A stretch of 64,000 nucleotides of DNA from positions 1,178,001-1,242,000 of the forward strand of contig BQFW01000005.1 of NCBI GenBank assembly GCA_020891255.1, given 5' to 3'. The notes under the pieces are model-generated. The model was not told the DNA's origin, made no database searches, and saw only the letters and a list, made by a program, of their open reading frames with translations. Shown in pieces: positions 44,480 through 57,073 of this stretch (position 1 is its first letter; the number at the start of each line of letters is the position of its first letter). Both the position numbers and the translations under genes were made by a program. Origin of the DNA: Entomortierella parvispora E1425. Taxonomy: Eukaryota > Fungi > Mortierellomycota.

Positions 44480-45760
44480 GCTTGAAAAGCGCTTCATTGG
44501 CGGGCATCTCTTCATTCTCCCATGGAGCAAACGCTCCACGTGCCAGCGCTCTCCTGCCTTGTCGCTTCTTTCCCATCAAGTGCATTCAGGTTTCAAAGCC
44601 ATGGTACCGCATCTTCCATCCACTCCTCTGGCGCCATCTCACCATCAGCAGCTACAATGACATGTCCCGGGGCCTATCCGGTGAACTGTCCGAGGTTGGT
44701 CTTTGTCAAATTCGACAGAGAAGATCAAGATGAATGAACTCTCCACTGACTGCAACATCTGGATCCTGAATTTGGACCTGCCCCATCTGCGCACCCTCCA
44801 GTTGACGCTCCACTCGGGACACGAGCGATCGGGCCATGCCCTAGTGGACCTTATTCGACGTAGACAAGAACAAGGTCTAGGGAAGAATAACATCCGGCAC
44901 CTGTCTCTCCAAACTACTTCCAAGACGAATCCTCCTTCCGAGAAGAATACTGGTTGATTTTCGACTGACAACGGCTCCAGTCATTGGCAAAAAGCGTGAT
45001 ACCGCACCTCTGGTGGAGGGTCTTCAAAAATGGATGGTCACCCTTCTTGGAGTGTCTCCATTTCCCAGGAAACGACCATCTAGGCCATGGACCAACGACC
45101 GATGAAAGAATTGAATGTGAGAGGCACTGACTTTGGGCCTTTTGAGTTTCAATGCGGTGTTGTGGCGGACCGAGGACAAAGTCTATGATTCTGAACAAGG
45201 GGTTGACTCTACCAACAATGCAACCCCCCATCTCTCGTCACCGACTTGCACTGGAGAGCCTCCACCTAAAGGGTTGCAACGACTAGGTAGGATCAATGAT
45301 TCAACAGATTCTTTGTTCATACCCAAACCTCCGACGATTCCACCGATGACTCTGACAGATACAGACGTGGCTGAAGATCTAAAGCCTTGGGTTTGCACTC
45401 AGTTAGAAATGCTGCATCTCTGCTTTGGTATTGATTAGGAAACTCTATGAGAGTGATGAGGAACTCTTGGATATCGAGGATGAGGACTGGGATGTCCTGG
45501 CAAGCAAGTCTGCATGACGCATCTGTAAGGATCGCTTGAAAACACTCTCTCGAGTGGAAGTCCTCGTTCGCTGGACTATCTCAAGGGTCTCGAAGTCATT
45601 GATCAATGTACCGAGACTTTGAACCGGGGACTGGACCTTGATGCGCTGAGATCGGGATGGGGTGATATGCAGCCCGCTTACTGGATTGTGAGCACGTGTC
45701 CAAACTTGAAGGTGTAGCATCTCCATAGCTTAATATCAATGAAGGAGTATCTGATATCTC
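44480..45760 (+). pseudogene. Frameshifted F-box/LRR pseudogene, same broad family as 22083-23702
   Basis: CIQVSKPWYRIFHPLLWRHL (F-box end), LDLPHLRTLQL, KPWVCTQLEML and YWIVSTCPNLK lie in different frames with stops. Confidence 0.65.
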
Positions 45761-46358
45761 CGATCCGGTGGAACCCCACATTGAAGGGTGTGTGTGGTCT
45801 TGAAACTACTGTACATGACTCAACTCCACGCGTCAAACATTTCTGCGGCTCTAAATAGAAAGAGAGACAGTCCAAAAAAAAAGAAAAAGAAAATGCGGCG
45901 GTGCCAGTTGTGAGTAAGACATTGCGCGACTGCAGTACCATCCAAAAGACCCTTTCTTGAGGCCTAACGGCTTCCCAACAGTCTTGTGTTTGTTTTTATT
46001 TCACACGGACAGAAAAGAGAAAAGAGAGGCGATAAGGATATGGAAATAGGGTTTGTACCACGGGGACCATGCACGCTCTTTCTAGGCTAAAATCGTCCTG
46101 CGTCCATGACTGGATGCACCCTGTTCGCGTGTGCCATTCCAAGACCGGTTCCTGTCCCTCTCTCGCTCCCCCACAAAAAGAAAAGCGCCGTTTTGTCTGT
46201 CATCATGTCGTATCGTCTGCAACGGTCGTTGGCTGTTCCCTTCAAGACCGAAAAAGGGGGAGGGGGGGGAAGACACTAAAATGAACCCGGTCTCCGTTCT
46301 TTTTTCTCTTTTTGTCTCCACTTTGTCCTCCCTCCATCCTCACCCCACCCTCCGAGCC

Positions 46359-49300
46359 ATGATCATCAGCTCTTTCCTCCTTAATTCCCTTGGCTACCTA
46401 ATACTCGTGTCAACATCCCCTTTCACTACTGCGACCCCAATTGCCGCCAATGTGTCTCCCTCCTCGTCTGATTCATGGACGCTCCGTTCAACTCAAATCA
46501 ACACCACTTCCTTCACCAGTGAACCCTACGTGGCCAATGGGTACATTGGGGCCCGCCTGCCCGCTGAAGGAGTCGGTCTAAGGATCCACCCCGCCATCGA
46601 CTATGAAGACGAGAATGGAACGCAGGGCTGGCCCCTCTTCAGTCTGAGGCAGACAGCATCCATCGTGGCGGGGTTCTACGACCAACAGGACACGACCAGA
46701 GGCACCAATTTTGTAATTATCCCTTCCCTTTTTGTTTTTGTTTTTGTTCTATTCTCGTGAACGATGATCATTCCCCGCATCATCTTGTCTTGATCAATGT
46801 GGCGTAGCTTCAGTCGATTGACTCTTTTTTTTCTCTACTGCTTTTCTAATCCCTCTCATGCTCTGTCTTTGCTGCCATCTTTTGTCTTCTCTCCAACAAG
46901 GCCCAAACTGGAGGCCAGCAGGTCATTTCGCTCCTACCCACCTGGACCTCCCTATTCCTGACCGTGTCTCCTAACCAGGGAGATGGCCCATCTGCCACTT
47001 ACAAGGTTGGAGTTCCTCTCGACCATATCAAATCCTACTCTCAGACCCTGTCCTTGCGAGATGGCATCGTTCAAACGACCGTCTCTTGGTCCCCCTTCAA
47101 AGCCACCAACAGCTCGACAGCAGCTGCTCCAACGGGATCTGATCTGATTCAGCTCAAATACACCGTTCTGGCTCACCGCTCTCGACCCAACCTTGGACTA
47201 GTCCGTCTCGACGTCTCGGGTCTTTCTGACGGCCAAAAAGTCATCATCACCGATGCACTGGACGGTGCTGGAGCCCAAAGAGTCGAAGGCGAACAGGCAG
47301 GAAAGTTGGATACCAAGGAGCTAGCAAATGCCATCTTCTCTTCTGTGAGACCTGCTGGCATCGACAGTACAACTGCATGGGAGATTTCAACCTTGCAGTT
47401 GATCGGAGGAAAGCAGACCGCACTGACGGCTGTGGATGTCCCAGAGAGTGTTGGTCTTGGCACCGACCAATCCACCACATCTCAGTCCTACTCTTTGACG
47501 GCACCTCGGGGCGGTCAGCTCTCCGTGTTCAAAGCCGTCGGAATCGCTTCGTCAGACGCCTTCAAGGGAACAGAGAGAAAGACTGCTCTGGAGGCAGCTC
47601 AGAATGCGCGTGCGGACAGTTGGGATAAACTCGTTTCTGAACATACATCAGCGTGGGAATCCCTGTGGTCCGAAGGCGGTGAAGTTGTGATTCATGGTGC
47701 CAAGATCTCAAACACCGGAAAGTCTGTTTTGGACGATCTTCAGGAAACCACTACATCGAGTCTCTTCCACCTCTTGTCCAATGTTCGTCAAGGATCCGAG
47801 AATACAGGATTGGGCGACAACAGTATCGCGCCTTCTGGCTTGACATCTGATTCGTATGCTGGCGGAATCTTCTGGGATGCCGAGACATGGATGTACCCAA
47901 GTCTGTTGTCTCTTTTCCCAGACTACGCCACGAGCATCAACAATTACAGGACAAAGCTCTTGGGACAAGCTATTGAGAATGCCAAGCAGTACAACCGGGA
48001 AGGGTTGCTCTACCCATGGGTTTCCTTCCGCTACGGAAACTGCACAGGTAAGGAGGTTTTGTGTGGTTCATAAGTTTTAGTTTTGGAGTTCGATACTAAT
48101 GTACCTTGTAAACGTGAATCATAGGAATTGGACCCTGTTACGACTATGAATATCACTTGAACAACGACATTGCTCTTGCTCAATGGCAATACTTCCTGGC
48201 CACAGGAGACAAGGCCTGGTTGGGGGAGAAGGGCTATCCGATCATGAAGGGTGTGTCAGAGTTCTGGGCCAGCCAAGTCATCAAGGATACGCGCTCTGGG
48301 TAAGCTCAAATCGAGGTGATGTAGATGATCTTTTTTTTTTTTTTTTGTTGTTACTAATGGTCATCGACTCTTTTGCTCTCTTTTATGAAAAATAGAAACT
48401 ACAATACACTGAATGAGGTAAGAGAAAAACATATGACGTACACCGTTGCCTTTCTATTACTCACATGTTATCCCTCTTCTTCTTAGACTGATCCGGATGA
48501 ATATGCCAACTTCAGGGACAATGGTGCCTTCACGAACGCAGGCGCAGCCATTACACTTCGCAACAGTATTCAGGCGGCATCTATCCTTGGTCTATCACAC
48601 GAGGTACCTAGCAAGTGGAGCGACATTGCCGACAAAATCACGATTCTATATGGAGACTCTGGAAATGTCGTGCTGGAATACGAAGGCTTCAACGGATCCA
48701 CTCCCGTGAAACAGGCTGATGTTGTCCTGCTCATTTACCCTCTCGAGTACCAGGTCCGGGACGCAAGCGCGGATATGGCCTTTTACGCCGGTGCAACCAG
48801 CCCCAACGGTCCAGGAATGACTTATTCCATCTTCAGTATCAATTCGGCTCAGCTGTCCACGCAGGGTTGCGAGGCCTTCACATACCTCCTTCAAAGCAGT
48901 CAACCTTACACTCGAGGACCATTCGCTCAGTTTTCGGAACAAACCACCGATGTCTATGCCGACAATGGAGGCACCAATCCAGCCTATACCTTTTTGACGG
49001 GCCATGGCGGCTATCTCCAGATTTGGACCCATGGCTTGACAGGATACCGGTCTCGTCTTGACTGCTTTTACTTGGATCCAAGTCTGCCTCCTCAGTTGGC
49101 GCCAAAGGGCTTCACTGTCCGGGGTATGAAATGGCAAGGAAGTGTCTTTGATGTCACAGTCGCCGGTACTCAAACGACGATCACGCGACGATCTGGTGGA
49201 AATGCCAAGGCCTGTGTTCAGATCGGAGATCGAAACAACAAGAAGGGAAAGTACCAGCTTGCCGTGGGAAAGACTTTGACTGTGCCTACATATCGAAGTG

Positions 49301-49779
49301 ACCTGAACGGAACTTTGGTCGCAGGGAACAAGGCCCAGTGTGCATTGACGGTCACCTCTGATTCTTCGACGGCACCAGGACAATACCCCTTGGCTGCCGT
49401 GGATGGATCCAACGCAACCTACTGGAGACCCGCCACGAAATCACCGGCGTCGTTGTTGGTTGACCTGGGCAAGGTTCAAAAGATCAAGGGATTCCACTTC
49501 AACTTCAACAGCATCCCTCCCAACTCTTATACCGTATTCGCTGGATCAAGTACCAAGACCGAGGATATGAAGCAGGTCGGAAAGGTTGACAAGGTCAAGA
49601 TCACGGCCCCCTATGATCCTCAGACGGCGAGTATCGTCATGGTGCGATTGGGCAATACCAGTGATATCTCTCTGGCTCAGTCGATCCAAGCCCGCTTTGT
49701 GAAATTGGTGGTGGAGGGTGCACTGACTCATGATGGCTCCAACAATGGCGCTACCGTGGCCGAGGTTGTTGCCTTTTAA
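46359..49779 (+). CDS. ATH1: Secreted GH65 acid trehalase with C-terminal F5/8 (discoidin-like) domain; exons 46359-46712, 46901-48047, 48125-48299, 48396-48417, 48487-49779
   Basis: Signal peptide; PYVANGYIGAR, YAGGIFWDAETW, YDYEYHLNNDIA, NE|TDPDEY, VKQADV, FLTGHGG; all introns phase-compatible. Confidence 0.93.
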
Positions 49780-49919
49780 ACATTTACCTTTTTTTTTTTT
49801 ATTTTTATCTTCAACTATCTATCGTAATAAAGTGGTCTCCCACTCGAACAAAAGATTTATCGAAGCGCACAATGATGTTGATATAATTCCTAATGAGTTT
49901 TAAACCCCAGGTTGGCTTC

Positions 49920-52007
49920 CTACCTAACGAATGTTTGGGATAGCCTTTTCTCCCTATCCTCTCTTTTTCCAAGTTTGTACCACCCGGATCCTTGCCTCTT
50001 CGGTGTATATGAGTTGTAATTGATAGCTGTCAAATGCCACATCGCGTCATGAAAATCGTCCTGGGGTAGAGCAGCTCGACCATCTGCATACATCAAACTA
50101 AGCTCCCGCCGGGCAATGACATGCCCTTGGTTAGCTGCTTTTAAGAACCACTGAGAAGCCAAGGCATCGTTTTGTGTGACACCGAGGCTACCAGTCGCGA
50201 ACACTAAACCTAGGTCGTTCTGGGCGTCGGCATAACCTTGGTTTGCGGATTTTGTATACAGCTCCAAGGCCAGGCGGTTGTCCTGAGGTACACCTTTTCC
50301 CTTGGAGAAGAGCACACCCAATTCGCGCTGGGAAAAGGCATCGTTTTTAGCGGCAGCCTTCGTGAACCACCCTGCAGCCTTGTTATAATTGTGCAAGATG
50401 CTGCTCTCATTCACATAGAGCGAGCCGAGGTTGCTCTGTGCGGTTACGACGCCCTGAACAGCGGCCTTTGAAAACCACTCGACGGCTTTAAAATCGTCCT
50501 GTGCCACGCCGTTGCCCACTGCGTATAGGGCCCCCATGTTGCTTTGTGCATAGGCATTTTCTTGAACAGCAGCCTTTAGATACCACTCGACAGCCTTCTT
50601 AAAGTCTTGAGGGACGCCCTCGCCCACACTATACAAGAAGCCTAGAGCATTCTGGGCCTCTGCATTCCCCTGTGTTGCAGCCTTGAGGATCCATTCTGCA
50701 GCTTTCACAAGATCCTTTGGAACACCGTGTCCAAAATAGTAGAGCATGCCAACATGGAATTGGGCTCGGGCAATCGCAGGACGGGTTGGCTTTGAAAACC
50801 ATAATTTGAAGAACCCCGGACTGGCAACCTTCATATACCACTCCATGGCCTTTTTGTAATTCTGTTCCATTCCAATGCCGTTCTGGAACATGACGCCAAT
50901 GTTGCAAGCAGCGTGGACGCTCCCCGATTTCGCGGCCATCACGAACCAGTCCATAGCCTTTTCAAAGTTCTGGGTAACGCCATACATTTCGCCCATGACA
51001 TAGATAAAGCCAACGTTGCATTGAGCAATAGGGTCTCCCCTCTTTGCAGCTTCCATCAGACTCATGTCGAGTTGAAGAAGAGAGGGATCTGTGGATTCTG
51101 AGCTGATATCTGCATTAAGGCCCTCGATATCCTCAGGCAATAGGGTTTGCGATCCTTCTGCAAACAGAATGGTCGCTGTGGTGATTGTCTGAGGCCCACT
51201 GGCTGATGTCGTTGTCTCTAGGAGGATGGCATGTGGAGCGCCTGCGTTGGATGATATCATAGCCGTGGTGATTGCTTGCGGTGCGCAAGTGTAGGGATTC
51301 GTTGTGTGGGGATTATTAGAGGATCGTATCGTGATTGTGTTGAGGGCAGTATTGGATTGTTCAAAGTTGGAAGACGACGCGGTGGCGACGACATCACCCG
51401 TGCTGGCTGCCATTGTGACGATCGCCAGGGATTCCATAGGGCTTATAACCGTTGCTGTAGATATCTCCTGTCTTCTTCCTGTGTTGGACCTGGAAGGGAG
51501 GGTTCCTTGAATTGCATTGGAGGCCGCGTCAAAATAACTGGAGCGCTCCTGCTCTTGCCTTTTCGGGGTGGTATCTTGAGGGGATTTGATCAACCCTATA
51601 TCTGCGGCCGCAACAGACGACATGTCAAGAGCCAGACCTGTAGGGCCAGACAGGAAAACGTCTAAGACTTCATTTGGGTGATATAGTATACAATGGGGTT
51701 TGATCCTGTGAAAAAGAAAGCAATTTGATGTTTTTTTTCGATTAGCTTCTTGACGGCATGTCCAACCAACCATCCATTCTGCAGTTTGTCATTACTGATG
51801 TTGAGTAACGGGGTCTCTAAGAAGTGCGACCAACACTCTACCCCTGCGAACGGATTGCACTCCTGGATATAATTGGCAGATGTCCTCCCAGAATATAACA
51901 TGCTGATTCTCCAAAAGACCGCATCCAATAAACATGATATCGGTGGTTCCATCCAACTGAAATCCCTGGGTGAGTTCTTCGCCAGAGCCTGGACTAGGGT
52001 CAAGCAT
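49920..52007 (-). CDS. Sel1-like repeat protein (about 9 SLRs) with a lineage-specific N-terminal module; exons 52007-51796 and 51705-49920
   Basis: AQ..LG..Y..G.GV.QD..KA.EW..KAA.QG repeats. Intron 51795-51706 joins QGFQLDGTTD...VIFWEDICQLYPGV...LLRD to IKPHCILYHPNEVLDV. Confidence 0.88.
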
Positions 52008-52823
52008 GCCGAAAAAAAAATGAGAAAAAAAAAGGAAAGCGGAAGCGGCCCAGGGGATTGAAGATGGCGATGTAGAGTGAGGGGAAGTAACTAAAGAAGA
52101 CAGAAGACTTCTTTTGAGAGGGGGGGGGGGGGGGGGAGGCAAAGTATTCAGTAACAAGAGAAGGAAGAGAGGTAAGGACCATTGCGCTTTGATGTCCCCC
52201 CCTTTTCCTTTGTTTGAGTTCATCGTGGGAGCACAGGCAGGTGAAGGGAACTAAGGCAAAGTTCGACGTGGGCGCGTGTAAGGCCGATCGTGGAATCGAG
52301 TTTGTAGCTGCAGGGAGCACATGCTGTGTTAGGGGGTAAAGGGAACAGGTCTGCGGCAGTGAAGCAAGGTACATATGCAAGCTGTGCGAGCTGTGTTGAC
52401 AACAATGGCTGGGAGATGGGACGGGAGGATGGCCAAACTTGAAAGAAAGAAAGAAAAAGGGAGGTGGGAGATGAGCGCGAACATCTTGGCGAAGCCTGCA
52501 TTGAACAGACGGGTGAAAATTACCGTCGACACCGCCGTGCTCAAAGATTATCCCGCATATTGGGACGCAGGTCTCCCTAGCTGCCAATTTCATAAAAACG
52601 CGATGTCTACTTTACAGCCCACTGACCATAGCCAGTGCCTGAAGTCAAACTCACGCCAACTCCTTCTGCAGCAACCCGTTTATTTACCATCATCAAAAAT
52701 AGACAGCCCAAGAAGCGCGTTATTCGCGAGCAAGAATAACTTGAGGTCGCATCTTGCCTTCTTTCAAATGACCAGAGGATGTTGGCCTTTCAACGTGTCT
52801 CTCTTTCAGTTGCTATCTCGGCT

Positions 52824-54086
52824 TTATTTGGATTTATTTGATGGCGTCTCCAAGGAAGCCGAGACTGAGAGGCACCTGTCACGAGCATGGGTTATACAAG
52901 TTCGAATGGTGTCCAATGGCACAGCATCTCCAGCTTCTTGCAGTCTACTGCTGGTAGTCTCTTCTTGTCGCTCCTGGCCGCGGAAGTGACGATCCACGTG
53001 CGCCCAAAAATTCTCAATAGGATTCAAAGATGGTGAGCAGGGTGGCATATAGATAGGAATGTGGCCTCGTTCTGAGATCAGCGCCTCAATGGAATGACTC
53101 TTGTGAATGGTTGTGTTGCCTATGACAATGCTCATGCCCGTCATGTTCTTCTTGTCCAGCATGTCTAGTACGCTTTTGATAACAGCGATGAATCGATCCT
53201 CCTGCGTACTTGCCAGAGGTGTTCGAAGAGAGAGACCAAGGAGTCCTTCCCAACAGATGGCTCCAACCACTGGGAGGATGATCTCCTTGCTCTTTGGAAC
53301 TTTGATTGTTGAAGGGTCCTCGATTCTTCCCTCTGCCTCAGCTTGCTTTTTCCTGCTTGGAGTATGTCCGTAGAGACGCCGCACAAAAAGACGATAACTT
53401 GTTTCTTCAATGAAGACTGATTTCCGTTCAAAGTCGGCCTGGTTTGACCAATTCTGAACCCACGCCTTCCTGTACTCTGGCATATTGCTCACATCTTGGG
53501 CGACAGGTTGCGTGTTCAGTCTCTTGAGCACGAGTTGGCATTCTTTCTTGATATGCCGGTCAAGCGTTTGCTTGGATACCTTGAGACCAAACTCTTTCTC
53601 GATTGCCTCTCGCAGATCCTCTGCATTGGCGTCAGCGGCGTCACCAAAGAAGTTCTCGATGAAAACTGTCTGTTCCGGTCCCAACAAGGGAGGCCTGCCA
53701 CTCCCTCTACCACGGGGTTTCCTCGGGGGAAACTCTGCGCTGGGATCTTCCAGATGCTTTCGAATCGCCGTCGATCCTGTCCTTGGGTTGATACCGACAT
53801 CCTTGCAGGCTTGCGAGACGCTGATCAGACCGAACCCGTCCGTGACAGTGTGAAGAAGATCCTGCCATTGCTGATCCGTGTACTTTTGGTAAGTTCCTCG
53901 AGGTCCACGTTTGGTCTTGCTAGGGCTGTCGTCTTCGTCGCTTGAGTCATCACTTTGAGGCTCTTGGTTGTGTTCACCCTCCGAGATATGCTTGTCCTCA
54001 TCAGAGGCGAGCTTCTCGTCAGGCACGGCCTCTGAACCGGCGTCGAGATCTCGAATGGGCTTAACGGTAGTGGGAGGATGTGTCAT
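52824..54086 (-). CDS. Tc1/mariner (IS630-Tc1, DDE_3) transposase-derived protein with two catalytic Asp residues substituted; no TIRs found
   Basis: HTH/paired-like region (RGRGSGRP..L), VFIEE (D->E), VIGN (D->G), PPCSPSLNPIE; 34 residues separate the G from the E. Confidence 0.85.
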   Translation of the reverse strand: MTHPPTTVKPIRDLDAGSEAVPDEKLASDEDKHISEGEHNQEPQSDDSSDEDDSPSKTKRGPRGTYQKYTDQQWQDLLHTVTDGFGLISVSQACKDVGINPRTGSTAIRKHLEDPSAEFPPRKPRGRGSGRPPLLGPEQTVFIENFFGDAADANAEDLREAIEKEFGLKVSKQTLDRHIKKECQLVLKRLNTQPVAQDVSNMPEYRKAWVQNWSNQADFERKSVFIEETSYRLFVRRLYGHTPSRKKQAEAEGRIEDPSTIKVPKSKEIILPVVGAICWEGLLGLSLRTPLASTQEDRFIAVIKSVLDMLDKKNMTGMSIVIGNTTIHKSHSIEALISERGHIPIYMPPCSPSLNPIENFWAHVDRHFRGQERQEETTSSRLQEAGDAVPLDTIRTCITHARDRCLSVSASLETPSNKSK

Positions 54087-54839
54087 TGTCAATGGTGAAG
54101 AAAGATGAGAAGCATTCTGTTTTAGCTATTTATTGTGATGGCTGGTGGCTGGTTTGATTTCTCCTCTGGGATTAGATTGATGAGCAAATGGGCCATGAAG
54201 TGCAGATGAGGTAAAGTGCACGAAAGACTGTTATGAGGTCAGCGAGGCGGTTAAAACTGTCATGGTTGAGAATGCAATGTCGTGCTCACTTAACTTTTTT
54301 TTTTTTTTTTTTTTTTTTTTGTATGAAAAGACAGAGGGGGGGCTGAATATGGTCATGTCAGATCCCCCAAAAAGAGGAAGAGAGTAAGAGGGATTGCTTG
54401 ATATTCTACATAGAGATGGTCTCTCTTCGGTTCTGCTTCTCCAATATCTCCAACATTTTGATCAAGCTTGGTTGAGGAGCCGGAGGGACTGTTCCTTTGT
54501 CATCCGCCAGTGGCAAAAATCCTGTTTTCATCCTCGTGGATGTGACGGCCTCCCTCCGCCCGAAGGGTTACTCCATAGAGAAGTCAATTAAAGATGCCGC
54601 GCCCAAGTCGCGTTCAGATCGCGCTTTAGAAAACGTGTGCACTCTACGTCCCTGTCTTTAGCCATTGGGCGTGAACAGCAAGACACTAGGCCGTTTTCAA
54701 TGCGTCGTTCTGTGCTACGTGCTCGTTTAAGCCCATTGGAGTATGAACAAAGAGAGATTTAGCTGCAACAGTTCCGAGAATTGTGAAAAAATATTTTGGT
54801 CAGTCTTTTTTAGCAACACGAACATCTTCATCTCTATTT

Positions 54840-56063
54840 ATCCAGTCCGAGCCACCGTTAGACTTATTAAAAGTGAGTGTAAGGTCAGAGATGCAGAGTA
54901 CAGCTAGAGACCTTACGACGAAGGTGGCAGAGGTCATAGAGGTCTTCACAAAGAAGGAAAGAGGGCCTCCTGATAGCGACAGCGATGATTCCGGCGTATT
55001 TTTTATTTCTTGTAGACACAGCCGAGAACTGAAAGCGGTCTTTGGTCAGAAATCATCGTGCAGGAATAAGAGAGATTGTAGGGCGAGTAGATAAATAAGG
55101 ACAGCTCTCTTTGCACCGCCCAGCCTGAGGGCGCCCCGGCTATTTTACAGTTTGTTCTCTTTCCCAGTTTCTTTTTTTCTTTCATTCCCCTCAAAACTTC
55201 TGCATTCCTTCAATGGCTACCTTTTCATGTTCTCAAGTCCCAGCCCTCCCATCCTACCTGCACAGTCAGCTAACCAGGATCGAAGGGATGCCGTAGGAGG
55301 CGGCAAAGACGAGAAGCGCACCAGCAGCAAGCCCACTGACGAAGATGTTTCGTCAGCCAAGGCAGCCAGGTTGGACCTCGTAAAGCTGGTTTCTGAACTC
55401 GACAAAGACATGTCCAATATCATGCACCTCTTGAAAGTTTCCTCCAATTCTCCCCAAAGTACTCGTGATGACTTATACGAGCGTTTTAACTGATGGAGTT
55501 GTACGAGTCGAATACAGATGCTAGTAAACCAATCCTTCGATAAGAACGAGCACAACTCTTAAAACGGCGACAAAAGCTTAAAATGAAGATCATGGAAAAG
55601 TGAGGTACGGATTGAAAAGTACTGTATCGAGGGCCTGACCGATTGACGTTTTGTGCACCCTCCCCCTTGATCTCGACGAGAGAGAAAGAACGGCAGCAAG
55701 AACATGAACTTCGAGCGTGTACCGAGGTCGAGCAAATGCAGCAAAGCACATTCGATCCTTGAACACAAAGATCCAAGGATGCGAGCAACTGATAAGCGCA
55801 TTGCGTACACGGAAAACATCGACTATCAGGCGTGCTTGCAGCAAGTGTCCATTGGAGAAAATGGAGAAGAGTTTCAACGTTTTCAAGGCGGGACCTATTA
55901 CAATGAATCGGTCCAGCTGATACAGCAAGAAATATTGTCCTTCATGGAGAGACTTAGTCAGGAGCGAAATACAGTTGTGTTGAGTAGAGTCGGTCCTCCA
56001 TCGGGCATCGCAGTGTCATCCGCCGTCCTGTCCGCTTTTCTATCCACCGATCACATGCCTTAG
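54840..56063 (+). pseudogene. Probable spliced or decayed gene of unknown family
   Basis: Three protein-like blocks (54840-55000, 55265-55490, 55670-56063) with GT/AG-like borders but internal stops. No recognisable motif. Confidence 0.3.
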
Positions 56064-56234
56064 CCGCAAATAAAGACCTCGTAACTGCCCAGCTTCATAA
56101 TTAGCCCACAAGATCGTGACACTGCCTAGCAGGTATTTTTGAAAAGATAGGACTTTGGTCGCGAGGACTCTTGTATTTTGTTGTTGGTTGATGGTATGCA
56201 AAAAGATAAAAAAAAAATGAATTGATCCTGACGA

Positions 56235-56679
56235 TTACGCCGACTGTCTTCTAGCCTGCTGCTCCAATCTCTGTCTCTCCATCTCCATTTCTCCCTGGCG
56301 ACGCAACTCAGCCATTTGTTCCTAAAGGATTGGATATACACAATCATTATTAGTTCGATAGACCTCAAAGACACAGAGGAGTACGAAGGAGCAAATTTCT
56401 TACGGCATCCCAAGTGGCCTTCATGATCTTGTTCTTTTCAATGCGGGCATTGACGAGCTGAACAGTCCCTACTCCGATGTAAACTATGGGATGAAGAGAC
56501 GAATGTTGGTCAGTAATGGAAACGAAGCTCCGAATCCTGCCTCCTGTTCCCGAGATCAGGTTCTTTCGGAGAAACAGTCGATTCATCATAGGAATCGTCC
56601 GGTCGGTACCTGTGGCTCCAAAGACTCCGAGGATGAATGTACGGTGGGCGAGATCGGCGAGTTTCGTGGCAGTTGTCAT
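56235..56679 (-). CDS. COX14: COX14-like cytochrome c oxidase assembly factor, 78 aa; exons 56679-56610, 56483-56404, 56321-56235
   Basis: Spliced product MTTATKLADLAHRTFILGVFGATVYIGVGTVQLVNARIEKNK...RQSA: the D..HR..VL...G.T motif, a single TM segment and a charged tail. Confidence 0.65.
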
Positions 56680-57073
56680 ATTGGTTGATGTGATGTTGAT
56701 TAGAGATTGAATGGGAGAGGAAGGCATGCATGCATGCAAAAAGGAGCTGGCCGAAGAGGACGGGCGGGAGTTCCCGATTAGGAAGGTGTGTGATTGCCAT
56801 GGAGCGAGGGCGAGACCAGGCGAGGGTCGATTGGTGGCAACAGACACGAGTTTGAAGTGCAGCAACAGCGATCAGAGTTCCTCCAATGACGCAATGTTTT
56901 CCCGCGAGGCGGGTGCGGGTCTTCCCCCCCCACCACAACCGACCGCACCCGTGCCGTGCTAATTGCATACACACACAACGACAGTCCTACTCTCCACTCC
57001 CCTCATTGCCTCGACCTGTCCTTCCATCTCTTCTCTTCTCTTCTCACCATCATCCCATCTCCCTCCTCCCGCC

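Noticed and set aside
52500-54700. Terminal inverted repeats around the Tc1-like ORF
   Set aside because: I found none by eye. A computational inverted-repeat search is needed to be certain.
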